This document shows, in pieces, positions 1-9,870 of a stretch of 64,000 nucleotides of DNA. A program made the translations under genes and the position numbers. Under the pieces are notes generated by a model, which searched no databases, was not told the origin of the DNA, and was given only the letters and a program-made list of their open reading frames with translations. The stretch comes from an uncultured Spirochaetota bacterium. GTDB lineage: Bacteria; Spirochaetota; Spirochaetia; SZUA-6; CAVTHK01. Location of the stretch: contig CAVTHK010000001.1 in NCBI GenBank assembly GCA_963734495.1, forward strand, positions 416,001-480,000. Reading direction: 5' to 3'. The first letter of the stretch is position 1. Each line of letters opens with the position of its first letter.

Positions 1-273
1 GTTGGGCTCACCGGATTCGTCTTTCGGGATGCCGTCGCCGTCGTCCACCACCTTGAGGTAGTGCTCGCCGCCTTCCTTGCCCCGCACGATGGTGACGGTG
101 CGGGCGTGCGCGTCGATGCTGTTCTCGACGAGCTCCGCGATCGCCTTGAGCGGGTTGCTCTGCGAGAGTGCGATGATCGTGATCGCGTTCCAGTTGTCTC
201 CGATGCGCAGGCGGCCGCCGGTGCGGCCCCCCGGCCGCTGCTTGGGCGGCGTCGGCGCTTTGCGGGTGGGCAC
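1..273 (-). CDS. GHKL-family ATPase, N-terminal 91 aa only (runs off the left edge; absent from the ORF track)
   Basis: Manual translation from GTG at 273: MPTRKAPTPPKQRPGGRTGGRLRIGDNWNAITIIALSQSNPLKAIAELVENSIDAHARTVTIVRGKEGGEHYLKVVDDGDGIPKDESGEPN. It has GHKL motif I (ELVENSIDA) and motif II (DDGDGI). Confidence 0.85.
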   Translation of the reverse strand, partial: MPTRKAPTPPKQRPGGRTGGRLRIGDNWNAITIIALSQSNPLKAIAELVENSIDAHARTVTIVRGKEGGEHYLKVVDDGDGIPKDESGEPN

Positions 274-328
274 GCCCCGAGTATTGCGGGTCGCGCGGCG
301 TCGTGCAAGAGAGCAAGGGCCGGCGCTT

Positions 329-1601
329 CTAGGCCTGCTGCCGCCGGCCCTCCCGCCTGCGGCGCGGCGGCCGGCCTGACGGAAGCCATGCTGCCGAACC
401 GGCGGAGCGCCGGCGAGGCGAGCGCCGCGATCGCGACGACGCAGAGAGTCCCGATCCCGCCGCTCACGACCGACACCACGGGCGAGAAGATCCGCGCGAC
501 GAGCCCCGATTCGAAGCCGCCCAGCTCGTTCGATGAGCCGATGAACATCGAGGTGACCGCCGAGACCCGTCCCCTCATGTCGTCGGGCGTGAGGAGCTGC
601 TGAAGCGTGTGCCGGACGACCACGCTCACGTTGTCGAAGAGCCCGGTGAGAAACAGCATGGCCCAGGAGAGCCAGAAGCTCTTCGAAAAGCCGAACACGA
701 CCGTCGCCAGGCCGAAGCCCGCGACCGCGATCAGGAGGTTCCTGCCCGCCCGCCGCATCGGAGGCAGGTGCGCCAGCAGCATCGCCATGCAGAGCGAGCC
801 GAGCGCCGGCGCCGAGCGCAGCCAGCCGAGGCCTTGCTCGCCGACGGCGAGGATGTCGCGCGCGTAGACCGGCAGCAGGTACACGGCGCCCCCGAGGAGC
901 ACGGCGAACAGATCGAGCGAGATGGTCGTGAGCAGGAGACGCTGCTGCCACGCGAACCTCGCCCCCATCAGGATCGCCTGCAGCGACATGCCCCGGCCCG
1001 CGGGTTTTTCCTGCCTCGCCTTGATGAGCGCGAGGAAGAGCACGAACGCGATCATCGTGCCCGCAGCGACGAGGTAGACGAGCGGGGCGCTGACGGCGGC
1101 GAGGAACCCGCCGACTGCCGGGCCCGCGACGGCCGAGATCTGCTGGACGCTGATCCGCCAGGAGGTGGCGTTCTCGAAAGCGGCGCGGGGCACCAGGATC
1201 GGCAGGATCGCGATGCGCGCCGGACGCGCGATCGCGATGAACGTCGCATCCAGGAGCAGCAGGAGGTACATCGCGGACACCGGCGCCGCGTGGAGCGAAG
1301 TGAGCGCGAGCCCCGTGGACGCGACCGCGGAGCCGACCATGCTGATCGCGATGAGGCCCCGCCTGCTGAAGACGTCGGCGAGGTAGCCGCCGGGCAGCGT
1401 CAGCAGCATCATCGGGATCGCCTGGATGAGCCCGGTGAGCCCGAGCGCCAGCGCGTTGTCCGTGCGGCGATAGATCTCCCAGCCGATCGCCACGCTCTGC
1501 GCGCCGGTGCCGATCTGCACCAGCAGCGACGCGATCATGTAGAGGCGGAAGTCCCGCGCGCGGAGCGCGGCGTAGGGATCGTGGGAGTCGCGAGGGCTCA
1601 C
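329..1601 (-). CDS. MFS transporter (MFS_3/EntS-like); stop codon out of frame by one base
   Basis: Manual translation from GTG at 1601: MSPRDSHDPYAALRARDFRLYMIASLLVQIGTGAQSVAIGWEIY...PGGYLADVFSRR...LTPDDMRGRVSAVTSMFIGSSNELGGFESG, a multi-TM MFS pattern. The frame has no stop inside the window. TAG at 329-331 comes into frame if one base is removed near the 3' end. Confidence 0.85.
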
Positions 1602-1617
1602 CGGGCGGCGCTGCAGG

Positions 1618-3627
1618 CTATCCCTCTACCTTCAGGGCCTCGAACTCGCCGAGCTTCGGAACCTTGATGGAGAGCCTCCCGGCGGCCCAGGCGTGCTCGT
1701 GCGCGGCCCCGGTCACCAGGCTCTTGACCGAGCGCGGCTTGCGCTCCCAGGCCAGCTCGACCGAGAGGTCGTGCATCGTCACGGGCGCGAAGAAGCTCAC
1801 GCCGAAATGCCCGGTGTGGTTGACCAGGTGCACGAGCTCGCCCTTGCCGTCCTTGCGCGCCAGGCGAGTCACCTGCACCATCGGAGACAGGTTCCCGCCG
1901 ACCGGCCTGATGCCGAGTACGCTTTCGAGTGAGTCGGCGACCAGGTCGGAGGTGTTGGGGTAGCCTTGCCTGTGGAACAGCGCGCCGGGCGTCCAGGGGA
2001 ACCACGCAGCCCTGCCCTTGCCGTACGGATTGACCGTGAGCGCCGGCCGGTCCACGACCGGGTGGAGGGGGTAGCAGCGCTCGGGCGGCCCGTACGGCTG
2101 CGGCGGCAGGAGCTGCAGGAGCTGCTCCGCCTTCGGATCGAAAGCCGCGAACACGTACTCGCCGTCCAGGTACACGAGCTCGGTCACGGCGAAGCGGGGG
2201 AAGCGGCTCTTTTCCCGGCTCCGGAACTTGAAGTACGCGGCCCTCATGTCGCCGCGGATGGTCTCGAGCGATCGAATCCCGAGCGACTTGAGCGCGGGAG
2301 CGGGACGCCGCTCGAAGTCCTGGTCGTAGAAGCCGCTGCGGCCCGATGCGACGAGCGTCCCGCCCGCTTGGACGAACGCGTCCAGCCGCGCCGCCAGGGC
2401 GTCGCTCATATAGCGGACGTCGGGAAGCACGATCGTCTTGTATCGGTCCCAGGAGATGTCGAGCGCCGTGGCCACGAGCGATACGTCGAAGAGGTGATGG
2501 CTCTCGAGCAGGAAGCGGAACCAGCCGCGGAACTCGCCCGGCTCCTCCCCGGGCTTGAGCAGCAGGATCTGCGCCCGGGATTCCAGCGCCGCATAGTCGT
2601 CCGCGTGGGCGGCGTGGTAGTGGAAGACCTCCTTGATGCCGGCGTAGCCGCTCTTGTCCTCGTGATTGTCCAGGCGTCCGATCAGGTAGTAGTCGATGGC
2701 GCCGCCGTTGGCGAGCCCCTCCACCAGGCGCAGCTTCTGCTGGTGAGGCGAGACCGCCGTGTGGCGGTGGGGAAAGTCGATAAAGTCGACCGTCGTGTTG
2801 CTGGAGACCAGGTCGGGGTAGGAGCCGACCGCCCACTTGGTGTTGTCGCTGCCGCTGTACTGCCAGTGCGGGAGCGCGCGGTCGAGGGCCGTGTTCGACT
2901 CCTGCCGCAGGAACCCGCTTCCGAGCTCGGGCGCGCGGTCGATGAGCATGTCCGGCCTGATCTTGTGGATAAAGGCGTCGACCTTTTCCTTGTGCGCGCT
3001 GGCAGTCTCGCGCTTGAACACGAGGTACTTGCGGTAGACCGGGTCGTTCATGTCCTCGACCTTCGGCAGGGCAAGTCCGAAGCGCTCGCTGAACAGGCGC
3101 TTGCAGTTCGCGCACTGGCAGATGCCGTGGTACACGCTGCTGTAGTCGCGGGTCTGGTAGCCGCCCATGTTGAAGAAGATCCCGTCCATGTCGAGCGTCG
3201 TGATCGTCTCCTCGATGATCTTGAGCGCGTACTCCTGCTGGTAGCCGCCGTTGAGGCAGGCGTGCACGTCGCCGAGGTAGTCGACGATCGTCCCGGCGGG
3301 GCTGATATAGGCCCACTCCGGGTGCATCTCGTAGATGGGGCGGCGGATCTTGGAAAAGTCCGTCCGCGCAAGCACCTTGATGCCCGCCTTGTGGCAGGCC
3401 GCGGTGATCTCGGCCAGGCTCGACCCCTTCAGGAACGGGCTCTGCGTGTGATACGGCAGCTTGGTCGGGTAGCTCGCGATGATGCCGGCCGTGTTGATCA
3501 TCGCGATCGTGGCCTTGAACTCCTTCAGGTCCGCCACGTAGCGCTCCGCGTCGATGTCGACCATGTCGATCTCGCGGAGGTTCGTCTGGATGAACCTCCA
3601 CGGCCACCCCTTCCACCACTCGCTCAT
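1618..3627 (-). CDS. Putative glycoside hydrolase (GHL6-like TIM barrel plus beta-galactosidase trimerisation-like domain)
   Basis: 669 aa ORF with WRFIQTNLREID, ACHKAGIKVLARTDFS, DGIFFNMGGY and a CQCANC motif, followed by a GATase-like domain (YKTIVLPD...FVQAGGTLVASG...YGKGRAAWFPW). Last gene of a sugar ABC operon; SD AGGAGG upstream. Confidence 0.7.
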   Translation of the reverse strand: MSEWWKGWPWRFIQTNLREIDMVDIDAERYVADLKEFKATIAMINTAGIIASYPTKLPYHTQSPFLKGSSLAEITAACHKAGIKVLARTDFSKIRRPIYEMHPEWAYISPAGTIVDYLGDVHACLNGGYQQEYALKIIEETITTLDMDGIFFNMGGYQTRDYSSVYHGICQCANCKRLFSERFGLALPKVEDMNDPVYRKYLVFKRETASAHKEKVDAFIHKIRPDMLIDRAPELGSGFLRQESNTALDRALPHWQYSGSDNTKWAVGSYPDLVSSNTTVDFIDFPHRHTAVSPHQQKLRLVEGLANGGAIDYYLIGRLDNHEDKSGYAGIKEVFHYHAAHADDYAALESRAQILLLKPGEEPGEFRGWFRFLLESHHLFDVSLVATALDISWDRYKTIVLPDVRYMSDALAARLDAFVQAGGTLVASGRSGFYDQDFERRPAPALKSLGIRSLETIRGDMRAAYFKFRSREKSRFPRFAVTELVYLDGEYVFAAFDPKAEQLLQLLPPQPYGPPERCYPLHPVVDRPALTVNPYGKGRAAWFPWTPGALFHRQGYPNTSDLVADSLESVLGIRPVGGNLSPMVQVTRLARKDGKGELVHLVNHTGHFGVSFFAPVTMHDLSVELAWERKPRSVKSLVTGAAHEHAWAAGRLSIKVPKLGEFEALKVEG

Positions 3628-3728
3628 GCTGGATCCTCCTGCAGATGTCTCTCGCGCGGCGTCCTGTCGGCCGCGGTCTCGCGCTGCAACCCGTCGCGTG
3701 AATACGGTCTGATGAAATGCCCGATGCG

Positions 3729-4589
3729 TCAGCTCTTTAACCCGGTCAGGGCGATGCCCTCCACAAAGTAGCGCTGGAACAGAAAGAACACCAGGATCGG
3801 CGGGACGGTGGAGGTCACCGCCCCCGCCATCATGAGGTGCCAGTTCTCGCCCATCTCGTCGGAGTACTGCGCAAGCCCGAGCGCGACCGGGAACTTGCGC
3901 ATCGTGTTCAGGTAGACCAGCGGGTTGAAGAGGTCGTTCCAGGTGTTCTGGAACTCGAAGATGGCGAGCGTGACCAGGGCGGGCTTGGCGAGCGGCAGAA
4001 AGATCTGCGCGAACACCCGCGCGTAGCTCGCCCCCTCCACGATCGCCGCCTCCTCCAGCTCCCCCGGGAGCGTCAGGAAGTATTGCCGCATCAGGAACAC
4101 GAAGAACGCCGTGCCGAAGAATGTCGGCAGGATGAGCGGCCAGTGCGTGTTCAGCGCCTTGAGGTTTCGGAAGATGATGAACAGAGGGATGATCGTCACC
4201 TGGAACGGCAGCATCATGCTGGCGAGCAGCCCCACGAAGATCACGTTTCTGCCCCAGAACTTCAAGCGAGCAAACCCGTACCCGGCCAGCGAGCAGGAGA
4301 GGATGCTCCCGACGATCGACAGCAGGCTGATCTTGGCGCTGTTGAGGTAGAACAGGTTGAAGGGCTTGGTGTGGAAGGACTCGGGGTAGTTTTGCAGCCG
4401 GAACACGCGGGGGATCAGCCGCACCGGGATCTCAAAGATGTCCGCGACCGGTTTGAGGGAGCTCGAGATCATCCAGACGAAAGGAAGTATAAAGACGATC
4501 GCGCCGAAGGTCAGTGCGACGTACGTGAGGACCACGCGGACCGCGGCCCGCCCGTGCCGGCTCCTGAAGAACGCAGCGACGGAGCTCAT
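3729..4589 (-). CDS. Carbohydrate ABC transporter permease (MalG-like)
   Basis: C-terminal part of ORF 3729..5546, starting MSSVAAFFRS. EAA loop ELEEAAIVEGAS and C-terminal QRYFVEGIALTGLK; ATGA overlap with the upstream gene. Confidence 0.92.
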   Translation of the reverse strand: MSSVAAFFRSRHGRAAVRVVLTYVALTFGAIVFILPFVWMISSSLKPVADIFEIPVRLIPRVFRLQNYPESFHTKPFNLFYLNSAKISLLSIVGSILSCSLAGYGFARLKFWGRNVIFVGLLASMMLPFQVTIIPLFIIFRNLKALNTHWPLILPTFFGTAFFVFLMRQYFLTLPGELEEAAIVEGASYARVFAQIFLPLAKPALVTLAIFEFQNTWNDLFNPLVYLNTMRKFPVALGLAQYSDEMGENWHLMMAGAVTSTVPPILVFFLFQRYFVEGIALTGLKS

Positions 4590-5488
4590 CGCGGGCCCCC
4601 CTCGTAGTAGACCCACTTCGACGCGGCGATCTGCACGAGCGTGAGCCCCATGATGATGATGAGCAGCAGCCAGGCCAGCGCCGACCCGTAGCCCATCTCG
4701 AGGTAGGTAAAGGCGCGTGTGTACAGGTACATCACGTAGACCAGCGTCGAGTTGACGGGCCCTCCTCCCGTCATGACGTAGATCTTCGCGAAGACCTGGA
4801 AGGACTGGATGATGCCGACGACCATGTTGAAAAAGAGAATCGGCGAGAGCAGCGGCAGCGTCACCCCGAAGAACCTGCGCCACCACGGCGAGCCGTCGAG
4901 CTCCGCCACCTCGTAGAGCTGCACGGGGATGCTCTGCAGTCCGGCGAGAAAGATCAGCATCTGCTGGCCCACCTGCCAGCAGGCGACGATGATGATGCCC
5001 GGCATGGCCCACGCCGGATCGCCCAGCCACGCCGGCCCCTTGATTCCGAACACCTTGAGCGAGGCGTTGATGATGCCGAAGGCCGGCTCGAACGCCCACT
5101 GCCACAGCGTAGCGACGGCGATCAGCGCCGTCACCGTCGGGAGGTAGAAGAGAGTCCTGAACAGGGCCATCCCCTTGACCTTCTGGTTCAGCAGAACGGC
5201 CAGGAAGAGAGCGATCACGAGGCGCAGCGGAACGCTGACCCCGACGTAGTAGGCCGTGTTCACGAGACTCTTCCAGAAGAGCTCGTCGCCGCCCAGGATC
5301 CTCGCATAGTTCTCGAACGAGACCCACCGCGGAGGCGTGAGCACGTCGTAGCGGGTAAAGCTGTAATACAGGGACTGCAGCATGGGGCCCAGGCGGAACG
5401 CCAGCATGCCGAAGAGGGCCAGGCCGATGAACGCGTACCCGCGCAGGTTGTCGCGCAGGAGGCGCGAGGCCCGTCGGGAGAGTGCCAT
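4586..5488 (-). CDS. Carbohydrate ABC transporter permease (MalF-like)
   Basis: LAGLQSIPVQLYEVAELDG EAA loop, MTGGGP and MGYGSALAW motifs. Confidence 0.93.
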   Translation of the reverse strand: MALSRRASRLLRDNLRGYAFIGLALFGMLAFRLGPMLQSLYYSFTRYDVLTPPRWVSFENYARILGGDELFWKSLVNTAYYVGVSVPLRLVIALFLAVLLNQKVKGMALFRTLFYLPTVTALIAVATLWQWAFEPAFGIINASLKVFGIKGPAWLGDPAWAMPGIIIVACWQVGQQMLIFLAGLQSIPVQLYEVAELDGSPWWRRFFGVTLPLLSPILFFNMVVGIIQSFQVFAKIYVMTGGGPVNSTLVYVMYLYTRAFTYLEMGYGSALAWLLLIIIMGLTLVQIAASKWVYYEGGPR

Positions 5489-5508
5489 AGAAGCTCCTTG
5501 AAGAAGCA

Positions 5509-5544
5509 GCGGCCGGCCGCGGGAACCCGTCCGCGGCCGGCCGC
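5509..5544 (-). terminator. 14-bp GC stem-loop downstream of the binding-protein gene (mRNA-stabilising or partial terminator)
   Basis: GCGGCCGGCCGCGG (5509-5522), 8-nt loop, CCGCGGCCGGCCGC (5531-5544). Confidence 0.6.
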
Positions 5545-5555
5545 ATGTTTCGCGG

Positions 5556-6857
5556 CTACTTGTAGCCGAGCTCCTTGAGCACGGCCTCGACCTTCTTCTG
5601 GGCCTCGACCAGGCCCGCGTCGACGGGCTTCTTCTGGTAGTAGATCTCTTCGAGGGAGCCCGCGAGCTCCATCATCACCCGGAACCAGTCCGCGGTGTAG
5701 ACGGTGTGGAAGATCGCATCGGGATGCTCGAGCATCTGCCTGGCGACTTTGTAATCCTTGTCGGTCGCGAACGGCTCCTTGTTCCAGTCGGTCTTGCGCT
5801 TGGGGAGGTAGACGCCGTCGGTCGACCAGAGGTAGTCCATCTCGGGACCTGTCGCCCACTTCGCGAGCTCCCACGCCATCTTGTCGTTGCCCGTGTTGCC
5901 AAAAATCGCCCACCCGTTCTGCTCGACGATCGTGGCGCGGTTCTTGGCCTTGGGCAGGACGGCGAGGTCGAAGTCGACCTTGGCCTTGCTGCGGAGGCCC
6001 GACGCGCCGATCGGCGAGTTGAACCAGACGGCGACCAGGTTGTTGCCGGCGGGGTCGGCGAGCTTGGACATCTCCATCGGCAGCGCCACCTTGTACTTGT
6101 ACATCATGTCGATCCAGAGCTGCATGCCCGCCTTCATCGAGTCGGAGGTCAGGTTCCACCTGGGCGGGTCGGTGTCGAGGTTCCACGGGTCGGTCTTGGG
6201 CGTCGCCGACTGCTCGCGCGCCCACTGCTCGGCTGTCTTCGCCATGAAGGCGTCGTTGCCGGCGTAGGTCATCATCATGGTGCCCCAGATGTTCTTGTCC
6301 TTGTTGGTGACCTTCTTGCCGTACTCGATGACCTGGTCCCAGGTGTCGGGCGGGCCGGAGAGGCCGGCGTTCTTGAGCAGCATGTTGTTGTAGTAGGTGA
6401 GGTAGAAGTAGACGTGCCAGGGCAGGCCGTAGAGACCGCCCTTGAGCTCGTACGCCCTGGTCAGGCTGTCGAAGTAGTCGTCGGCCTGCATCTCCTTCTT
6501 GTCCCTGGCGTAGCGGTCCTTGACGTTGAGCAGGGCCCCGCGGCGCGCCAGGTCCATCACCTGGTAGTCCTTCATGCGCGAACCCGTGGGCGGCTCGTTC
6601 GCCGCGACTGCCGTGAGCATCTTGCGCCACTGGTCCGCCCACTGGTTGAGGACGGTCACCTCGACGGTGGCGTTGGGGAACTTCTGCTGAAACTTCTTGG
6701 CCATCGACTCGATGGCTGCCTGCTGCGTCGGCGTGGCGGCGGTCCACCACTTGAGAAGCACCGGTTTCGAGGTCGCGGCGGCCTCGTTCTGGCCGCCCGC
6801 CCACAGGGGCAGCGCGAGGGCTGCCATGACGATCATGACGAGCGCGAATCTTGCCAT
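5556..6857 (-). CDS. Extracellular sugar-binding protein of an ABC transporter
   Basis: Start MARFALVM after SD AAGGAG; signal peptide ...LPLWAGGQNE; SBP motifs LYGLPW, YYNNMLLKNAGL, PPDTWDQV. Confidence 0.92.
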   Translation of the reverse strand: MARFALVMIVMAALALPLWAGGQNEAAATSKPVLLKWWTAATPTQQAAIESMAKKFQQKFPNATVEVTVLNQWADQWRKMLTAVAANEPPTGSRMKDYQVMDLARRGALLNVKDRYARDKKEMQADDYFDSLTRAYELKGGLYGLPWHVYFYLTYYNNMLLKNAGLSGPPDTWDQVIEYGKKVTNKDKNIWGTMMMTYAGNDAFMAKTAEQWAREQSATPKTDPWNLDTDPPRWNLTSDSMKAGMQLWIDMMYKYKVALPMEMSKLADPAGNNLVAVWFNSPIGASGLRSKAKVDFDLAVLPKAKNRATIVEQNGWAIFGNTGNDKMAWELAKWATGPEMDYLWSTDGVYLPKRKTDWNKEPFATDKDYKVARQMLEHPDAIFHTVYTADWFRVMMELAGSLEEIYYQKKPVDAGLVEAQKKVEAVLKELGYK

Positions 6858-6948
6858 CCTGCACTCTCCTTGCTGGAGCGTTTCCTCGCCGCCGACGGCG
6901 GCATTCCGGCTCTCTCCGTCGTTTCGGGCGACAGCGCCCGGCACACCC

Positions 6949-7842
6949 CTAATTCTTCTTCTTCACCTCGACGTTTGCCAGCTTCTCGTAGAAGTGCACC
7001 ACGCTCGAGTGGTCTTCCTTCTCCCGGCCTTCGACCTTGAGGGCCTGCATGATCTCCATGATCTGGCTCGTGAGCGGGATGGGCGCGCCCACCGCGTGTG
7101 CGGCGGCGAGGGCGTTCGCCAGGTCCTTGATGTGCAGCTCGATGCGGAAGCCCGGCTTGAAGTTGCGGTTGAGCACCATCGGCGCCTTGGCGTCGAGGAC
7201 GGTGCTGCCCGCCAGCCCCACGCGGATCGCCTGGTAGACCTTTTCGGGATCCACGCCCGCCTTGGTCGCCAGCACGAGCGCCTCGCTCATGGCGGCGATG
7301 TTGAGCGCGACGACGATCTGGTTGGCGAGCTTGGCGACGTTGCCGCTGCCGATGTCGCCCACGAGCACCGCGGTCGCGCCCATCTTGAGGAGCATCGGCT
7401 TGACGCGCTCGAACGCGGCCGCGGGCCCGCCCACCATGATCGCCAGGGTCCCCTCGACCGCCTTGGGCTCTCCGCCGCTCACAGGCGCGTCGAGCATGAC
7501 CACGCCCTTCTTCTTGACCTCTGCTTCGACCTCGCGCGCCACCATCGGGTCGATGGAGCTCATGTCGACGTAAAGCTGCCCGGAGCGCGCCCCCTCGATG
7601 ATGCCGTTCTTCCCGAGGACGACCTCGCGCACGTGCGGCGAGTTGGGGAGCATCGTGATGACCACGTCGCTCGCCTGCGCGACCTCCCGCGGGCTCGACG
7701 CGGTCTTCGCGCCCGCCGCCGCGAGCTCCTTGACCGGACCCGGCACGATGTCGTAGACGACCAGCGGGTATCCTGCCTTGACCAGGTTCTTCGCCATCGG
7801 CTTGCCCATGATGCCGAGCCCGATGAAACCGACTCTATCCAT
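6949..7842 (-). CDS. garR: 2-hydroxy-3-oxopropionate (tartronate semialdehyde) reductase
   Basis: MDRVGFIGLGIMGKPMAKNL, DAPVSGGEPKA, KLANQIVVALNIAAMSEAL, FKPGFRIELHIKDL are typical of GarR; SD GAGGAG. Confidence 0.88.
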   Translation of the reverse strand: MDRVGFIGLGIMGKPMAKNLVKAGYPLVVYDIVPGPVKELAAAGAKTASSPREVAQASDVVITMLPNSPHVREVVLGKNGIIEGARSGQLYVDMSSIDPMVAREVEAEVKKKGVVMLDAPVSGGEPKAVEGTLAIMVGGPAAAFERVKPMLLKMGATAVLVGDIGSGNVAKLANQIVVALNIAAMSEALVLATKAGVDPEKVYQAIRVGLAGSTVLDAKAPMVLNRNFKPGFRIELHIKDLANALAAAHAVGAPIPLTSQIMEIMQALKVEGREKEDHSSVVHFYEKLANVEVKKKN

Positions 7843-8060
7843 GCTTATCTCCTCTGACTTGGCGTCTGCGCCAAGTCCCAAGTCCCGAGTCAACGAGGGG
7901 CCCTCTGGCCTCTTCGCCGAGTCCTCTACCCCCCCGGCTTCGGGGGGCCCGCGCGTTTCTCGCGCGCCCGGCGCGCCCGTCCGCGAGCATAGCCCGACGG
8001 ACGCGCGCGAGTCACTACCGCCGCCGCGGGTCTCCGCTGCGGAGCCCTCCCTTGCGCTTC

Positions 8061-8904
8061 CTACTCCTTGATCCCGGTCGACGCGAGGCCTTTGACGAAG
8101 TACCGCTGGAAGAAGAGGAACACGGCAAGCACGGGGAGGACCGACACGGTGGCGGCCGGCATCAGGTAGTCGTAGTGCGGGATGGGCTCGCCGCGGAAGG
8201 CCGTGAGCCCCAGAGGCAGCGTGTACTTGTCCGGCGTGTTCAGGTAGAGCAACGGAGTGAAGAACTCGTTCCAGTGGGCGACGAAGTTGAAGACCGCCAC
8301 GGTGACGACCGCCGGCTTGACCAGCGGGACCGCGATGCTCCAGAAGGTGCGCAGCTGGCCGCTGCCGTCGATCGTCGCCGCCTCCATCAGCTCCGGCGGA
8401 AGAGTCAGGAAGAACTGCCGCACCATGAAGACGTAGAAGGCGCTCCCGAAGAACGAAGGCACGATCAGCGGCAGGAACGTGTTGATCCACTTGAGGTTCG
8501 TGAAAATCAGGTACAGCGGAATCATCGTGACCTGGCCCGGGATCATGAGCACCGAGAGCACGAGCAGGAACAGGATGTTGCGGCCCGGGGAACCAGGGCC
8601 GCGAGAACCCCCAGCCGCCCAGGGTGCAGGAGACCACCGTGCCGCACACCGCGAGGACCGTGATGATCGTGGAGTTCACGAAGAAGCGGCCCATGGGCTG
8701 CACCGTGAAGGCCTCGACGTAGTTCTCCGGTCGAAACGCCTCGGGCCACAGCTTGAGACCGGGACCCATGATCTGCGCCAGAGGCATGAACGAGGCGGCC
8801 ACCATGAACCAGAACGGGAGCAGGAAGACCACCGCGCCGACGAGGAGCAGCAGGTAGAGCGCGGCCCGCGTCGCCGCGCGCTCGAGGCTGTACCCCCGCT
8901 TCAT
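8061..8904 (-). CDS. Carbohydrate ABC transporter permease (MalG-like); apparent +1 frameshift near 8585
   Basis: N-terminal half (MKRGYSLERAA...FSRPWFPG) and C-terminal half (RNILFLLVLSVLMIPGQVT...ELMEAATIDG) are in different frames. The span is 844 nt, i.e. 3n+1. Confidence 0.88.
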
Positions 8905-9818
8905 CTCTTGTCCCCCCCGCCCTTGTAGTAGACCCAGCGGCCGGAGAGCCGGAATTGGATGACCGTCAGCACCAGCAGGATCAGGAACAGCACCCAGGCC
9001 ATCGCGGAGCCATATCCCATCTTGAGCGACTGGAACGCGTTGATGTAGAGGTACAGCACGTAGACGAGCAGCGAGTCGAGCGGTCCCCCGCCGCCCCCGC
9101 CGAGCACGTACACCTGCGTGAACACCTGCATCATGCTGATCATCCCGATGACGATGTTGAAGAACAGCACCGGAGTCAGGTGGGGGAAGGTCACCGCGGT
9201 GAACTTGTGCCACGCGCGGCCGCCGTCGAGGTCCACGGCTTCGTAGAGCTGGTCCGGGATCGTCTGCAGCCCGCCGAGAAAGATGAGCATCGCCTGGCCG
9301 ATGTTGAAGGCCATCATGACGATCAGCGACGGCATCGCCCAGTGGGGGTCGCCCAGCCAGGAGGGCCCATTGACGCCCACCAGAGCCAGCAGCGAGTTGG
9401 CGAGCCCGTAGGTGGGCTCGAAGATCAACCGCCACAGCAGCGAGATCGCCACTCCCGCGGTCACGGTCGGAAGGTAGTAGACCGTGCGGAAGATGCCGAT
9501 GGCGCGGATCTTCTGGTTCAGCAGCATCGCCGCGGCGAGCGCGATCGAGATGCGCAGCGGCATACCCACGCCGACGTAGTAGAGCGTGTTCAGGAGGCTG
9601 CGCACCCAGTCCGGGTCGCCGAACAGCCGCACGTAGTTGCGCAGCCCGATGAACTGCGGCGGGGTCACGACATCGTACTTCGTGAGGCTGTAGTACAACG
9701 AGGCGATCATCGGCCCGAGGTGAAAGAGGATCACCCCGGTGACGACCGGCAGGATGAACAGGTAGTTCACCCTGTTCTTCCAGATGAGACGGCTCAGGGA
9801 AGTCGGGTTCCTCGCCAT
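8901..9818 (-). CDS. Carbohydrate ABC transporter permease (MalF-like)
   Basis: LGGLQTIPDQLYEAVDLDG and MGYGSAMAW motifs. Start is ATG 9818 or GTG 9827. Confidence 0.92.
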   Translation of the reverse strand: MARNPTSLSRLIWKNRVNYLFILPVVTGVILFHLGPMIASLYYSLTKYDVVTPPQFIGLRNYVRLFGDPDWVRSLLNTLYYVGVGMPLRISIALAAAMLLNQKIRAIGIFRTVYYLPTVTAGVAISLLWRLIFEPTYGLANSLLALVGVNGPSWLGDPHWAMPSLIVMMAFNIGQAMLIFLGGLQTIPDQLYEAVDLDGGRAWHKFTAVTFPHLTPVLFFNIVIGMISMMQVFTQVYVLGGGGGGPLDSLLVYVLYLYINAFQSLKMGYGSAMAWVLFLILLVLTVIQFRLSGRWVYYKGGGDKR

Positions 9819-9832
9819 GGCGCTCACGACAA

Positions 9833-9858
9833 AGGGAGGCCCGCGGCCGGGCCTCCCT
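9833..9858 (-). terminator. 11-bp stem-loop downstream of the binding-protein gene
   Basis: AGGGAGGCCCG-CGGC-CGGGCCTCCCT. Confidence 0.55.
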
Positions 9859-9870
9859 CGAGTGCTGCGA

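Noticed and set aside
3700-3735. CTGATGA resembling a hammerhead ribozyme core
   Set aside because: No stem II followed by GAAA, and no flanking helices could be built.
6949-9435. 828 aa ORF suggesting a permease-GarR fusion
   Set aside because: It is a chance open frame joining a frameshifted permease, the intergenic region and garR, which has its own SD and ATG at 7842.
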